64,000 nucleotides of DNA from Octopus sinensis (taxonomy: Eukaryota), in contig NC_043008.1 in NCBI RefSeq assembly GCF_006345805.1, forward strand, positions 10,478,001-10,542,000, written 5' to 3'. The notes under the pieces are model-generated. The model saw nothing but the letters and a program-made list of their open reading frames with translations, was not told the DNA's origin and did not search any database. Both the position numbers and the translations under genes were made by a program. Shown here one piece after another: positions 24,811 through 38,140 of the stretch (within the stretch, counting starts at the first letter, position 1; the number at the start of each line of letters is the position of its first letter).

Positions 24811-25592
24811 TTGAAAGTGGACTAAATCTTTCATATCCCACCAAGCAGATAAGAACACCTTATGTGGGCGAAGATCTTCTTTAGCCTGAGGTACTGGTGT
24901 ATCTTCTTTCCCAACCCACTGTCTTCGACACTGAACATCTCTATAGAGAACCCATTTCTCATCACCAGTCACTATTTGGTCCAAAAAAGATTCATCTGTG
25001 AGATGTGACAGCAAAGAAGAGCACACATTCACTCTCTGCATGTGATTAGACTCGCAAAGTTTGTGACCCAATTTGCTGACTTTTCCAATGGCACACAGGT
25101 GTCGATGAATGGTTGAATGACTAAATCCAAGCTTCTCTGCTAGTTCCTCAATAGTTACAATGGGATTTTGTTCCACCAGGGTTTGCAGGATGTCCTTGTT
25201 GAGCTCTACAGATCTTCCAGGATGCAGCTTGTCTCCTGTGCTGTAGTTTCCAGTTCAGAATTTCTTGAACTACTGCTGATACTGGCTTATGCTTATTATC
25301 CAGTTCCCACATACTGCATAAAAATATTCCTCATACTTTCTGTTGCGTTGTTGCTTTTATGGAACTCATAAAGCAAAATATGCCAAATATGTTCCTTTGT
25401 TACTTCCGTTATAGCTTTGAAAAAATAACTGTTAAAATTGAGCTGCACTCTTCAAAACATGCATTAAGTATAAGGACAAGGTAAAATTACTGCCTGATTT
25501 TATAGCAAGTCAATGCAGGTAGTTTATCCTGTCCCCCTCTGACTTTTAGTTCATGCAATTGAAAAAACTGCTTTATCTATGGGATGATCCAA
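24806..25592 (-). mobile_element. Mariner transposon, 5' part with TIR, transposase pseudogene
   Basis: ORF 24742-25176(-) has EELAEKLGFSHSTIHRHL..IVTGDEKWVLY..WWD; TIR tattggatcatcccatagataa at about 25573-25594; mutated start (ACG) at 25409. Confidence 0.92.
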
Positions 25593-25679
25593 TACATAGT
25601 TTTGATTTAGGAGCAAATCAAAACAAATAAATGTTCTAAATATTTACTTGACTTCTTAATGAAAATAACCATGTTACAG

Positions 25680-26010
25680 TAATCTGGGGTCTACCTATGT
25701 AAATAAGTAGGGAAATTGGAAAATTGCTCTGGAAGAATGAAGGATTGAATAACAAGAAAATATCTCTTTGTTGACATATCAGTCCCTCTAATTAGAAAAT
25801 CGTTCAAAGAAATAATCAAAATATGAAGAATCAGAATTATAAGTAAATGATAAAGTGAATATGAGTTTGAAGATTCTCATGATAAATGGAGCATTAGGAA
25901 TACTAACAATAAACATACCAAGAGTAACAAAATTCCAAACATCATAAATTTATATACACCATAAAAAAAATGTCATTATGAAATTCAACACACATTCTGT
26001 GTGGAGTCCT
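25680..26010 (+). mobile_element. Decayed REL-endonuclease LINE (R4/NeSL-like) C-terminus
   Basis: Fragments LFVDISVP and ILMINGALG resemble the restriction-like endonuclease tail. Confidence 0.4.
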
Positions 26011-27545
26011 GTTGTTAAACTCATTAGTTAAATACATTTGCACATGCAAAAGAACCCCTACTTGATAATAAATAATGATAATAATGATAATTTCCTAATA
26101 ATGTCTTTGAACATAGTCACTGAGACACATATATAGTCAAGGTAGAGGACAATCAATTAAATTTATTGCAGTATATTACTGGTATTTAATTTTTCAGCTT
26201 TAGAAAGCTGAAAGGTACACTAAACCATTAGCTAATTACCGTTATGAATTTGTTTCTGATTCTGCTATTAGTGTCTGAATAATAACAAACAATGTAGAAA
26301 GAGTGGAAGAAAGTAGAAAAAAACATTCATGTGGAGCTTTTTCTTTGCTTCAAATTTTAAGCTTGAGATCTGGGGAACTTTTCAAACATTAAAATGAAAA
26401 AATATGTAAACAACAACTTTTGTTGAACTACCTAACTAATTTCATTATGTTAAAAAAATAAAATGGAAAAGAAAAATGTAATTAAAAGATATTGAAAAGG
26501 AGTTAATTATCATTAACTGTATGTTTCAACTTTATTTCAGGTTTCAGGCTCTTGTTTATTACTCAAACTAATAATTCAAAATTTTATTAGGTGCTTGCTA
26601 TGTTGCTGTTTTGCCCTGATCAAGCTGACCTATAACTGGACATTCCAACTATACCCAGCCCACATTGTAGGCACATTAGATAATGTGGATGTGATCAAAG
26701 GAAGATTTGGCTGCTATTTCTAATAGACTGAGTTTTTACATAGAGGTTCTCTTGTTAGCTTGCAGATACATTTGCCATTTGCTTTTCTTGGTGGAGTAGC
26801 TAGTTGAATATTGTAATATCACATCATGAGTTTATATGAAGCATGGGTGTTTTGTTGTCTCGAGACTGGGTACTGAAATCTACAAGTTTCACCTCACCCA
26901 GCTATTGAGAGTATATATTGAATCTTTTGTGAATATTACCTACAAATAGATAAGTGGTCTAGTAGCTGGGTATTTATCTCTCATCTGCCTAATTTTTCTT
27001 GTTCATGGAGACATTTATCTTTAACTTTATTACTTTTCATCTGTTAGGATTGAGATATAATTCAGAATTGCAGTGTACTACCTTTGATAAAAATACTTTA
27101 CTCTGAAAGAGATGAAGTGTAGATGTTTGTTTATGGGATGCTTTTCTTGAAATTTTATTGATAGTTAAATAATTGTTGGTGTTGGTCCAAATAAGTAGGC
27201 ACCGTACATAAAAACTTGTTTGTAGATTAACTAAAGAAAGAGGTTTCTGTGAAGTTTGTATGTGTAATATTTGATTAATTCCTTAACTTATGTTTGTTAT
27301 ACTATTCATAAGACTTTAGCTTGGAAGATTTATTAACCATTTTATTTTGATTTTGTTCAGTTGAAAAGAATGAACAAATGCCATTATTTTGTATTGTATT
27401 TAGAAGTATAGAAGTTACATATTTTTAGTTATAAATAAATACTTCTCACTAGAGCCATATGAAAGTAATCATCTCGCTTGTTTTTTTTTTTTTTGTCAGT
27501 AGCTTTTGTTAATAGATAAAATAATTATTAATGATTGTGTGTGTA

Positions 27546-28330
27546 TGAGGGGGTACCCAAAAGAAACTAGAATTCTGCAATATTATTTTATTCACTTACT
27601 TTTAAATGTTTACATTTTTATCCCCTTCAAAGCATTCTCCATTTAAAGCAATGCATTGGTCCAGATGCATTTTCCACTATTTGGAGCAGTCCTGGATCTC
27701 TTGTGAAGTGATGCACTTTAATGCCTCCATCGTTTTTTTCTTCACCTCTTCCACAGCTACAAAATGTTTCCTTTTAAGGACTTTTTTCCATTCAGAGGAA
27801 CAAAAAAAAGTTGCAAGGTGCAAGATCAGGTAAAAAGGAAGGGTGTGTAAGCGAGGTCATGCCATTTTTGGTCAAAAACTGTCTCACATTCAAGGCCAGG
27901 TGTGCAGACACATTGTGGTAATGAAGCCACCATTCTCCACTTTTCCACGGGTTGGGCATTTTCAACTCACTGCATCTCACAAACACTTCAGACTGTCCAA
28001 GTAAAATGTCTGGTTAATAGTTTGACCAGGAGGAACAAATTCTGTGTAGATAATTCCTTTTGCATCGATGAAACAAAATCACCATCATCATATTGGACTT
28101 CACTTGATGCACTTTTTGGGGGCCTGGTGACATTCAATGCTTCCATTCACTTGATTGCTGCTTCATTTCTGGGTCGTAGCCATAGCACCAGCTTTCATCA
28201 CCAGTGATGACCTTTGAAAAATGATCTGAATTAACTTCCAACTGTTCTTTCAGTTCACAACAACTGCTTTTGATCTTTTGTTAACAAGTGAGGCACAAAT
28301 TTTGATGCAATTCTTTTCATTTGCAACTCA
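27546..28330 (-). mobile_element. Mariner transposon, 3' half with TIR
   Basis: HPSFLPDLAPCNFFLF (YSPDLAP motif) and ELQMKRIASKFVPHLLTKDQK; ta|tgagggggtaccc terminus. Confidence 0.9.
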
Positions 28331-28880
28331 TCATCATTGTTTGGCATGGGTTGGACGGTTTGACTGGAGACTAGCAAGCCAGGAGGCCTCACCAGGCTGG
28401 CATTGACCATGTTTGGATGGTGCTTTTTGCATACCACTGGCATGGGAAGCCAGTCAGGTGGCATTGGCAAGTGAAATCGCGGTCATGGCTGATGCTGGTG
28501 TCACATAACTGGCATGTAAAAAGCACCTTTCAAGCATTGGGCCTCACAGAGGCAAAGTGGCTGAGCTCCTTTCAAGTGTTGGGCCTTACAGAGGCAATGA
28601 CTGAAACCTTTGGCATTATGTCATACTTGAGAAGAAGACCCATCAAGCTGAGCAAAATCACAGTCATGGCAGAGACTGGTGTCACGCAAATGGCACCTGT
28701 GCCGGTGGCACATAAAAGCACCCATTACACTCTCAGAGTGGTTGGCATTAGGAAGGGCATCCAGCTGTAGAAACTATGCCAAATCAGACTGGAGACTGGT
28801 GCAGCCTTCCAGCTTGCCAGCCCTGGTCAAACCGTCCAACTCATGCCAGCATGAACAATGGATGTTAAATGATTATGATG
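28331..28880. mobile_element. Family C composite with oppositely oriented halves
   Basis: Left end catcatcattgtttggcatgggttggacggtttgac; right end gtcaaaccgtccaactcatgccagcatg...gatgat. Confidence 0.8.
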
Positions 28881-28898
28881 ATAATGTTGATATAATTA

Positions 28899-28941
<43 letters not shown>

Positions 28942-28942
<1 letters not shown>

Positions 28943-29470
28943 TAGGGGAAATAAAATATTAAATGCACTCTTGTTTTTGTAATTTATTTAAGCAAAAGCA
29001 AGGGTTGAACAGTTACATCATTTTTTTTAGCAGTCTCCTTGCTTTTAGATGCACTTCTTCCAGTCGTCTACAATCTTGCTTATTCCATCAAAGAAGGTTT
29101 TCGGCTGGTAGCACTGCCATTCATGCACTGCTTCCTGTGCTTCTTCAGCAAATTAGTAACCTCATAAAGGATATTTGAGTGGTCCAAAGAGGTGATAGCC
29201 AAAGGAGGTGGAGCAGCAAGATCTGGACTGTATGCAGAGTGTTCCAGCAACTCAAACCCAATTTTTCATTGGTTTCAATGGTGTTGGCATCCGTATATGA
29301 GCATGCATTGTTGTGCAACAATAACACTTTGCTTTGACTATAAACTTTGTGTCTGGTGTGAATTGCTGGTTTCAGTTTGTTGGCAAGCATTTCACTGTAG
29401 CCTACATTGGTGACTGTAGGTCCTTTTTTGGGTAATGTTCCAGTATAGACCCTTCTGCATCCTCAAATAT
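28942..29470 (-). mobile_element. Mariner transposase C-terminal remnant
   Basis: KVLLLHNNACSY, HLFGPLK, FFDGISKIVDDWKKC; TIR-like end abutting (TA)n. Confidence 0.8.
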
Positions 29471-30004
29471 TAATTGCATTTCTCCAAATTCTTGATTAGT
29501 TTCAAAATATATTTGAAAGTATAGGCAATAGATCTCAAGAGAAATATGGTAACAGAAAGTTAATTTAATTTTAACTATTAAGCTAATTCTCTATTCCATT
29601 GATATGCAACAAAGTTTCCATATTTCTTGGCCCAACTTTTAAGAAAGTCTATGGAAGATTGATTTGATGGGATATTTGAAAACCAATAGTCCAGAAGCTT
29701 ACATCCTGACATCAGTCTATAATTCCTGTAGCAAAATTACTTACATATTTCTGTTCCAATCTCCTTAATTTGGCTAAGTACAAATTTTCTCTGAAAACAG
29801 TGGTGTTTGTTGGCTTGCAATGTTAAGTGTTTCTGTGAGGAAGTAAAGGGAAACTGTTTGTACATTATACTCTCGAATCACTTGTACAAAGACTAGGCTT
29901 TCAGCTGTTTAACCAGTTTTCAAGTAAGGTTACATGACTGACCATCATCATTTGTAACCAATGGCATCTATCTAAAAGTGATTCATTAGTACTGTTTGCT
30001 TCAG

Positions 30005-30020
30005 GTGTTGCAACAGAAAT
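30005..30020 (+). CDS. Candidate 16-nt micro-exon (RVATE)
   Basis: ctgtttgcttcag|gtgttgcaacagaaat|gtaagt; phase compatible with 23945. Confidence 0.25.
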
Positions 30021-30977
30021 GTAAGTTGTCATATGCATACTAAATGGCTATAGTTATTAATTGTAACCAGGTCATGATATCACTTTGTGGTTACTTTACT
30101 TTGTGACATTTACTAATTTAAAATCTAGAAACAAAAAGGTTGTCTGAGTACTCAAACAATTTGACAGAAAGAAATATTACTGCTGCCACCTGTGAGGAGG
30201 CAGATATTGATTACTAGTTATAAGCTAATAAAGGAACCTGCTAATAAGCTAATAAAGGATCATTTGATATACTAGAAGTAGCAGCCAAATCTCCCTCAAA
30301 TCACACCTTCCAATCTTAAGTAAATGAAGGACACAATAGATGATGTGGCCTTACATAGTCCTAGAAAGACATGATGGTCATAGTCGAAATGTCTTTTGAT
30401 TGTAACTGATCTTGATCAGGGCTGATCTGGAGCTAAACAGCAGTAACAACAATAATTACTTAGCACTGCAGTTTCTTTCTCTCATTTTATATCTGAAGTT
30501 GAGAAAGACTGTGTTTGGCAACAAAAATGCTGCTCGATATTTAAAAATAGAATTTATATCTTAGTTGCTTTTGGATTAGTGATAAAAGAAAGTATTATTT
30601 GACAAGATTAATTTGACAGCTGGAATTTATTTTGCTTATACCAATGAAAAGAATTGAGTAGGAAGGTTGCTTTTTGACTCACAGATCATTGCACCATGCA
30701 CATAACTTGTGGTATAGCCATGGTCACTGTTGTTGTTATCGTTAGAGGTAAAAAACGTGGTAACTCAGTAGACTGTTGGATTAAATTATGGGTCTTTACA
30801 TTCTGAGTTTAAATTGTATCAGGCTGAACTTTTTCTTTCATCTTTCCAGGGCTGGTAAAATAACCATAATAAATACCAGTGACGTACTGAATCCGAATAA
30901 ATCAACTAAACTATTTCCCCAAATTTATGGCTTTGTGCATTGGACAAAGCATTAATACTTTTATCACTAAATAAAAA

Positions 30978-31385
30978 GGCACAGGCGTGGTGCGTGTGTG
31001 TTTAAGAAGCTTGCTTTCCAGCCATGTGGTCTTTAGTTCAGTCCTACTGCATGGTACCTTGGGTAAATGTCTTCTGTTATAGCTCTGGATTGACCAAAGC
31101 CTTGTGAATGGATTTGGTAGGCAGAAACTGAAAGAAGCCCATTATGTGTGTGTTTTGTACTCTTGTGTAGGTACCACGTGATGGTTGTAAATGGGAATCA
31201 TTCTTCAACAAGTGAGGCTGTTCATTTCAGTCTTCTGTGAAAAACATGTCTAGTTATGGGAAAATACTACCTTGCTTGGAAATAGGTGAGGGTAAGTGAC
31301 AAGAACAACCAGCCATAGAAAATATGCCTCTATTCCATCTGACTCATGCAAGTATGGAAAAGTGGGTGTTTAATGATGATGATAA
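30978..31385 (+). mobile_element. Family A-headed SINE variant with (GAT)n tail
   Basis: Family A head, a different 3' half, ends aatgatgatgataatg. Confidence 0.7.
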
Positions 31386-32109
31386 TGAAAGAAGAGAATT
31401 GGTTGAGCATTGGACAAAATACCTTGTGATATTTAAGATGAACTCAGTATGCAAACAGCCAGAACAGATACCTCAAGGCATTTCACACAATAGAATGAAA
31501 TTCTGCCTTGGTACTGATGGATGGAACTAATCACCTGGTCATGAGTGCACTCTGTTCTAGTAGCAGTTGGCTTATGTGGACAGAGAGGACCACAACCAAC
31601 ATAGGTAAACTAACAAAGACATGTTGAGGCTCCATTCTATAGTGGAACAAAGATAACTGAAATTTAAGCTGTATCTTCACTGAGGGTCACATTTGATTTT
31701 CATCTATGAAGTTGGCAAAATAAGTACTAAAGTTGATATAATTAGTTTCCATTTTCTCATAACTTAATGAATATTATCGTTTTTTTTTTTTAAATTTGGT
31801 TTCCGTATTTTTGAAATACCTTCATTAATTTCTTTCTTATTGTGATTCTTAACTACTTCAATTAGATTGTTAACAATTCTGTATATGAATATATTTCTGA
31901 AATTGCAACAAGAGTTTAAGGTATACATTTAAACTGGACCATTTAAAGTTAAATGCCTTTTTAAGAATTCAAGGCAGTTGAGAAGAAATACGAATTTTAG
32001 TAGATTTTCCCCAGTTAGCCTGCATCCTCTGACTGAGCCAGCTGTGATTCTCTCTTCATCATATGTATTGAACTGAAATTTCTATTTGTTCTGTTATACC
32101 TTAGAAAAG

Positions 32110-32340
32110 GGTGTTTGAAGTAGTACTGTCATTTGGTGCTAACACAAGGATAGATTCTCTGAAAGAAGTTTAGTTTTATTTTTGGCTTTGCTCTAAGAGT
32201 GTGTACGATTACTAAGACTGTGTTAATATTCCACAATTTTGTTTTCTTTTTTTCTGGTTTTGTATTCAGTTCTTTTTTAATCTGATTGACTAAAATTGTC
32301 TTATCATTTGGAAAAGTCACATAAATCAGTATTAAACCCT
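32110..32340 (-). mobile_element. Decayed REL-endonuclease LINE fragment
   Basis: ORF 32129-32320(-) has TFPNDK..KKE..K..KLWNINTVLVIVHTLRAKPK. Confidence 0.45.
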
Positions 32341-32502
32341 AGATAAATGAAAGGAGATAACCACCTATATTATGAGGACTATCTCTTATCGTCTATCTCT
32401 GGTATCCTGAACAACAATTGTTCTAATACTTTGCTACACTTTAAGTGTATGCATCTACCACTTTTTTCAAATATATTATTTATTTTGTATTTTTTCTTGT
32501 GT

Positions 32503-32794
32503 GGAGGTGCAATTGCCCAGTGGTTAGGGCAGCGGACTCATGGTCGGAGGATCGCGGTTTCGATTCCTAGACCGGGCATTGTGTGGGTTTATTGAGCAAA
32601 AATACCTAAAGCTCCACGAGGCTCTGACTGTACTCTTTCACCCCAACTTTCTCTCACTCTCTCTTCCTGTTTCTTGAGTAACGCTGTGATGTACTGGCGT
32701 CCCGTCCAACTGAGGGGAACACATACGCCATAGAAACCGGGAAACTGGGCCCATGAGCCTGGTTAGGCTTGAAAAGGGCGCATGAATAAAAAAG
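32503..32794 (+). mobile_element. tRNA-derived SINE (family G) with a V-domain-like segment
   Basis: A-box ttgcccagtggttagg, B-box gtttcgattcc, gtgatgtactggcgtcccgtcca motif, A-rich tail. Confidence 0.8.
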
Positions 32795-33317
32795 TTTTTT
32801 CCTGTAAATCTCACTGTTCCTAACATGTTTGAAAGTGTACTCTGGTGATTTCAGAATAAGATTCCAAGAAAGATGTAGGCATTGGTTTCTCAAATGCTCG
32901 CACATGCAACATATTTTAGTATATTTTTGTGGGAGACACTGGTCCTGGTATGCAATTTTTAGGCTTTCTGTTTCTCCTTTCAGGTGTGAGTTTTGAAGCC
33001 TGGTGAAATTCTGCTGTTTGTCACAGCCTGGTTTGTTTATTTGTTTTTGTGATTGTTCATGCTTTAGTTCCCATACAGTGTTTATATTTTCCAGTTATAT
33101 GAATTTATTTTATTATCTTTTTAATTGCTTCTGTTGCTGTATGTTGTACTTTCTGTTGTTTTTTTGTTAAATGCTTGGACTTTCTTTTTTGCATACAGAT
33201 AATGATGCTCATTGTGGATTAATTGCTTTTCTGTATATCTTTCAGTTCAATTAGTTAACCATCCTAGGAAATCTGTGGATGCATTCTGATGCAACTTACT
33301 CAATATTTTTTTACTTA

Positions 33318-33475
33318 TATGCATTGGCGTTAGGAAGGGCATCCAGCTGTAGAAACTCTGCAAGATTAAGATTGGAGCCTGGTGCAGCCATCTGGTTCGC
33401 CAGCCCTCAGTCAAAATTGTCCAACCCATGCTAGCATGGAAAGCAGACGTTAAACGATGATGATGATGATGATGC
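33318..33475 (+). mobile_element. 5'-truncated family C copy
   Basis: ttggcgttaggaagggcatccagctg...gacgttaaacgatgatgat. Confidence 0.9.
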
Positions 33476-35201
33476 TCATTGCAGCTGTTTAAAGAGTTTT
33501 TGTGCGTTTACTGTTATTTGAAACAGAATATTGTAGTCATGGGAGATTATTATCAAAACCATGTGCATAGGTTTTAGAAGATATCTCCACCTTACAATTT
33601 CTCTTTAACTATAATAAATTATATTATTATTTACAGTCCTAGAGTAGTGGATTAATAGAATCATTAGAGCATTGGACTAAATGCTTCAGTATTTCTTCCA
33701 TCTCAAGATGTCTTGAGTTCAAATCCAGTCTAGGTCAACTTTGCTTTCATTCCTCTAAGATTGATAAAATAAGTAGCCATCAGGTGGTAGGGGTAAATGA
33801 AATCAGTTAGCTCCCACTCCCATCAAAATTGCGGGCTTTGTGCCTTAATTAGAAACTATTATTTAGAGCACTTTATAACCTGAGTTCAAATTTCACTGAA
33901 GGTAACTTTCCTTCTCCTGGTGTCAATAGAGTAAGTACCACTCAAGTGCTGAGATCAATATATTTAACAGCACCTTTCCCACAAAATTTCTAGTCTTGAA
34001 TCTGAAAATAAAACAAAAAAACCCTCAACATTATTACTAACAAATTACACTTATATCAACCAGGGTGGCTGCAATTGCTTTTCTATGGCAGTAAAATACA
34101 ATTATTGCTTTTGTGAAAATATGTTATTTTTTCCTCTCTTGTTAAGAGATTGAGGTAGGGATGTACCTGCCTTGGTTACATAGTGCTGCCAGGTAGATTT
34201 TTCTTTACTTGAAAATTCATGTCTAGAACCTTTATATTAGCGGTTGTTTTAATAAGAGGTTGGGTTGTATCTTTATTACTCAACTCACTGTCTTTCATTT
34301 GGCAAAATGTGTGTGTGTGTGTTGCTATAGTTGTTTTATTTGGCTATCTATTTTGTTTAGTTTCTACAAAATAATATTTTCTATCAGAAAATAATTTTTT
34401 CTTATGAATTACATGTATTCTGTTTAAAAACTGAATTTATTTTAATTTTACTACATGAATACTAAATATATAAGAATATATAAATATCTATCTACCTTCA
34501 TATATGCATATATATACATAGCACTGTCAACATCAGATGTGCAGTTATTTAAAAATGACTTTTTGAGTGTTTTCTATGATTTTGGACATTTTCTATTTCT
34601 CCAGTCTAAATCAGTAACTTGTTTATTTCTCTTATAATAGGCATAACACTATTTTTTACTTATCAGCCTTATATTATTCACACTATATTACAAAATATTT
34701 CTTTCACCAAGTGGAAGTTTGCTTCTATAGTCAATGCTAAGAACAATAACACCAATACCATTACCAAAACAAGCAGTACTTCAATACCTCTAGGTTATTT
34801 AAGATGACATAAGTTCTCTTCTCATTTCACTTGTTCTTTACACTTAAATCAAGATCTGCTTTGGTTGTATGAAAATGGCTGTGATGACTCTTTTATTGAC
34901 CATATGAAGCGGATAGAAAAATACCCAAACTTAAACTATTTCATGGTAATAAAACAGCTTCTGCAACAAGCATCCTTCTTTACGGGAAAAAGTGGCTGCC
35001 AGAGAAAGTAATTGTCATTTCAAATCTTATGATGTCAATCAGCCTTCTCAAAACCTTCAGAACTAGCCAAAATCTGCCATAAGAAAGATCAAAAATAATG
35101 TAAAGATACTATGGCACCTTTTGTGACTGATTCAGGAGAGATAACAAAACTCTATGACTATTCTTCATACCAAGCTCTTGAGAGAAAGCTGGCTACTTTA
35201 A

Positions 35202-35421
35202 CCCTTTAGCATTCAGATTCCTCTGTCAAATGTAAAGCCTGTTTAATCACATTGTTTTAAATTAATTGTACAGCATCTTGCAACTCTGAGATTTTGATGA
35301 TGTCCCTGTTTATTTTTAGAATGACTTTGTAGGGTAGGTGTGAGAGGTCAGAGCTGGCTGGTTTGAGCATAAAACAGGAAGACAATTTTGGCCTGGTATG
35401 GCTGGTTTAAACACTAAAGGG
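35202..35421. mobile_element. piggyBac-type MITE
   Basis: TTAA|ccctttag ... ctaaaggg|TTAA. Confidence 0.8.
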
Positions 35422-36042
35422 TTAAAGCATGAACTTAAGATGCTGAATGAAAAACTTCATTATCATAGAAAAATATTTGAGTGAGCCAGTACATTCTCAT
35501 ATATACTTCCATTAACTTACATCCAAATAAATACATTTACACTCACACACAAAACGAATGCACACTCACACACAAAACGAATGCACACACACATATCTCC
35601 TTCCATATGTTCAACAATTAGTATATTTGATAAAAATTGGAGCAATAAATTAAATTTACTTGGTATTTCTATTGTAAAATAGACAATTGATTAAACCACA
35701 CGCAGGAAAAAAAGAAGGTAAAAATATATTTTTTTAAATGAAAATTAGCTAGTAGATATAGCACACCTGTTTATAATAGAAAGAAAACAATCTGTTTATA
35801 TCTTGCACCTGACATGTCAATCAATATATCTATCTATCTATTTAGCTCTCTCTCTCTCTGTCTATCTTTATACACACATACACACATGTATGCACGCACA
35901 CATACATACAGTATATTGTAACATCTCAATCAACTTGATATTGACTATAAATTTCTCTGTACACTCAATAGAGTTATTATTTTAAACTATTTGTTGTTAT
36001 TCTTGAAAATAGTTTAAAATAATAACATGATTTTAACATTAA

Positions 36043-36425
36043 CTAGCAGTATCGCCCGGCATTGCTCGGGTTTGTTTCAACCCTTTAGAATTGGAAAAGT
36101 AAACAGTTTGCATTATGTAGCTTGTTATTCTCTTTAAGTGAACATTTTTCTGGTTGAAATACACCAAAAAATGGCCACACAACAGTAAAAAAATCATAAA
36201 AATAGGGATTTTCATAGAAAAAAAGCACCTTTTTTATGTAAATAATTTTTGGTGTTAACATGGTCCAATTTGAATTTTGTCTTCTACAGAAGGAAGAGCA
36301 AGCCTTCTTCTATCATACTCTCAATTTTGGTCAACTTGCGCCGCAGGGTCTCGGAGGAGATAATGTTAGTTGAAGGCTACCAAATCTGCCACACACAGAC
36401 AACTTCAGCTGTATATATAGAGAGA
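36043..36425 (-). mobile_element. Non-autonomous Helitron
   Basis: On -: A|TC start, cccgagcaatgccggg hairpin, CTAG|T end. Confidence 0.85.
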
Positions 36426-36599
36426 TATACAGATGTGTGTGTGTATATCTCAGTATGTGTGTAATCTTTTCCTTTTACTTGTTTCAGTCAGAGTCTGTGG
36501 TCATACTGGAACACCATTGTTGGTGTGATTCCTAGTTTATTTCTTTCTACTTACACAGCACACCCCCACCCACTCCATGTTTGGTTCTGATGATTTAGT

Positions 36600-37420
36600 G
36601 AGCTGGACCACTCCTTCTTTATTTGCATTCATTGCCATAATGTAGGTTCATCCAATACCTCAGATGAAAATTTGTCTAAGTATTTTTTTTTTACCATATC
36701 TACATCTATGCCTAACAGATCTCTGGGTATTTGTAACAATGTATTGAAAAGATGTGGCTCCTTGAATCCTAAGTTGTTACAGTACTGGATCCTTACTTTA
36801 GATAGAGAAGATTGGATTTTTGATACTATCAGTGACATCCACTTCAGGGGTTGGCTTAGTTTTCAATCCTAGAATTAGGTGCTAAACCCTTTAAGATCTT
36901 CTGCATATATATCACTGCATATCTTTCATGTCTTCTCACTAGAAAGTCTCAGTTCTTTCAGCCTCACCCAGTAGCTTCTCAGTTGCACCACAGCAATTTT
37001 GTGGTGTAATAGCATTGCATTACATTGAGTTCTTTTGTTAGTTTAGTGACCATAATTGGGATCTGTAGTTCAGGCAACTGAGAACAAATTTTCTCTACAG
37101 GACTAACACAGTTTCCTTTTTACTTGTTCTGAATTATCTCAGAATCCAAACAACCTTTCACCTGCACATTGTTGCCATCTCAGCAATGTGCATACAGAAT
37201 GATACACCATTACTAGATTGTTTTCTGATTGTAACTCCAAGATTACAATACCTCCTAATCTTATGTATTCCGTTTGTTGCCTGAAAGTGAAGCACTTGAA
37301 ATTTTTCAGCATTGAAGTGCACGTTATTTTCTAAAACCCACTTGTATATTGCTTTTAGGTATTTCTGTAGTTTTTGCATTGCCATCAGAGTCCTTGACTG
37401 CCTGTGATACTTTAATATCA
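36600..37420 (-). mobile_element. CR1/L2-group LINE 3' remnant
   Basis: ORFs on - include EPHLFNTL..DMVKKKYLDKFSSEVLDEP and VLENNVHFNAEKFQVLH. Confidence 0.65.
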
Positions 37421-37449
37421 ACAGTATATCTTGTGAGAGTGGGTGACTG

Positions 37450-37451
<2 letters not shown>

Positions 37452-37520
<69 letters not shown>
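37452..37520. repeat. (GA)n microsatellite
   Basis: Direct reading. Confidence 0.97.
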
Positions 37521-37523
<3 letters not shown>

Positions 37524-37559
37524 ATTACAAACAGTAGTAGTCCTAGTATAGTGCCCTGA

Positions 37560-38140
37560 AGGACAATGCATGATTTGATGTCTCTCCAGAGAGAGTACTG
37601 ATGGCTGTAACTGCCTGATTCCTACCTTTCAAATACCATGCAGCCTCTTACCTAAATTTCCAGCTATGTTGGGGCTACACAGTTTGTGACATATCATTTT
37701 GTGATCAACTTTATGCTCTTTCCAAAGTCAAAATATATCACATCCACAATAATTAACCATTTTGCAAACAATAACTCTGAGCACCTTTTCAAACTCCACC
37801 TGTCTAACACCCATGGATATCTTTACAAAGTCAGAAAACAGCACAGCTCCCATGACTTTCGGAAACATTTTTTCACGCTAAGAATTGCTGAAGTATGGAA
37901 CAAACTGCTAGCATCGGTTGTCAGTTGTCGGAGCACTGAATCCTTCAAAACTTCCATGCTTCCTGAGATTCACAAAAACTACACCTGATTTTCTCCCCTC
38001 CATACACACACAAGCATGTTTCTGACTCATACATTGTTCGCTCCAGACATTTCTACATTACTGCATGTACTTTATATGCACTTTTGACAAGTTGTGGTGC
38101 ACCTGAGCACTGTATACAATAATTTCATTATTATTATTAT
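37560..38140 (+). mobile_element. CR1-like LINE 3' end
   Basis: ORF 37686-37988 has NTHGYLYKVRK..FRKHFFTLRIAEVWNKL..VV..STESFK; (ATT)n tail. Confidence 0.85.

Noticed and set aside
22881-24884. Long MYVC/HTYI/IYIY ORFs
   Set aside because: Microsatellite translations
29744-29790. Minus-strand exon-like segment of about 46 nt with good splice sites
   Set aside because: Opposite to the inferred strand, isolated, and next to another incompatible signal, showing such matches arise by chance
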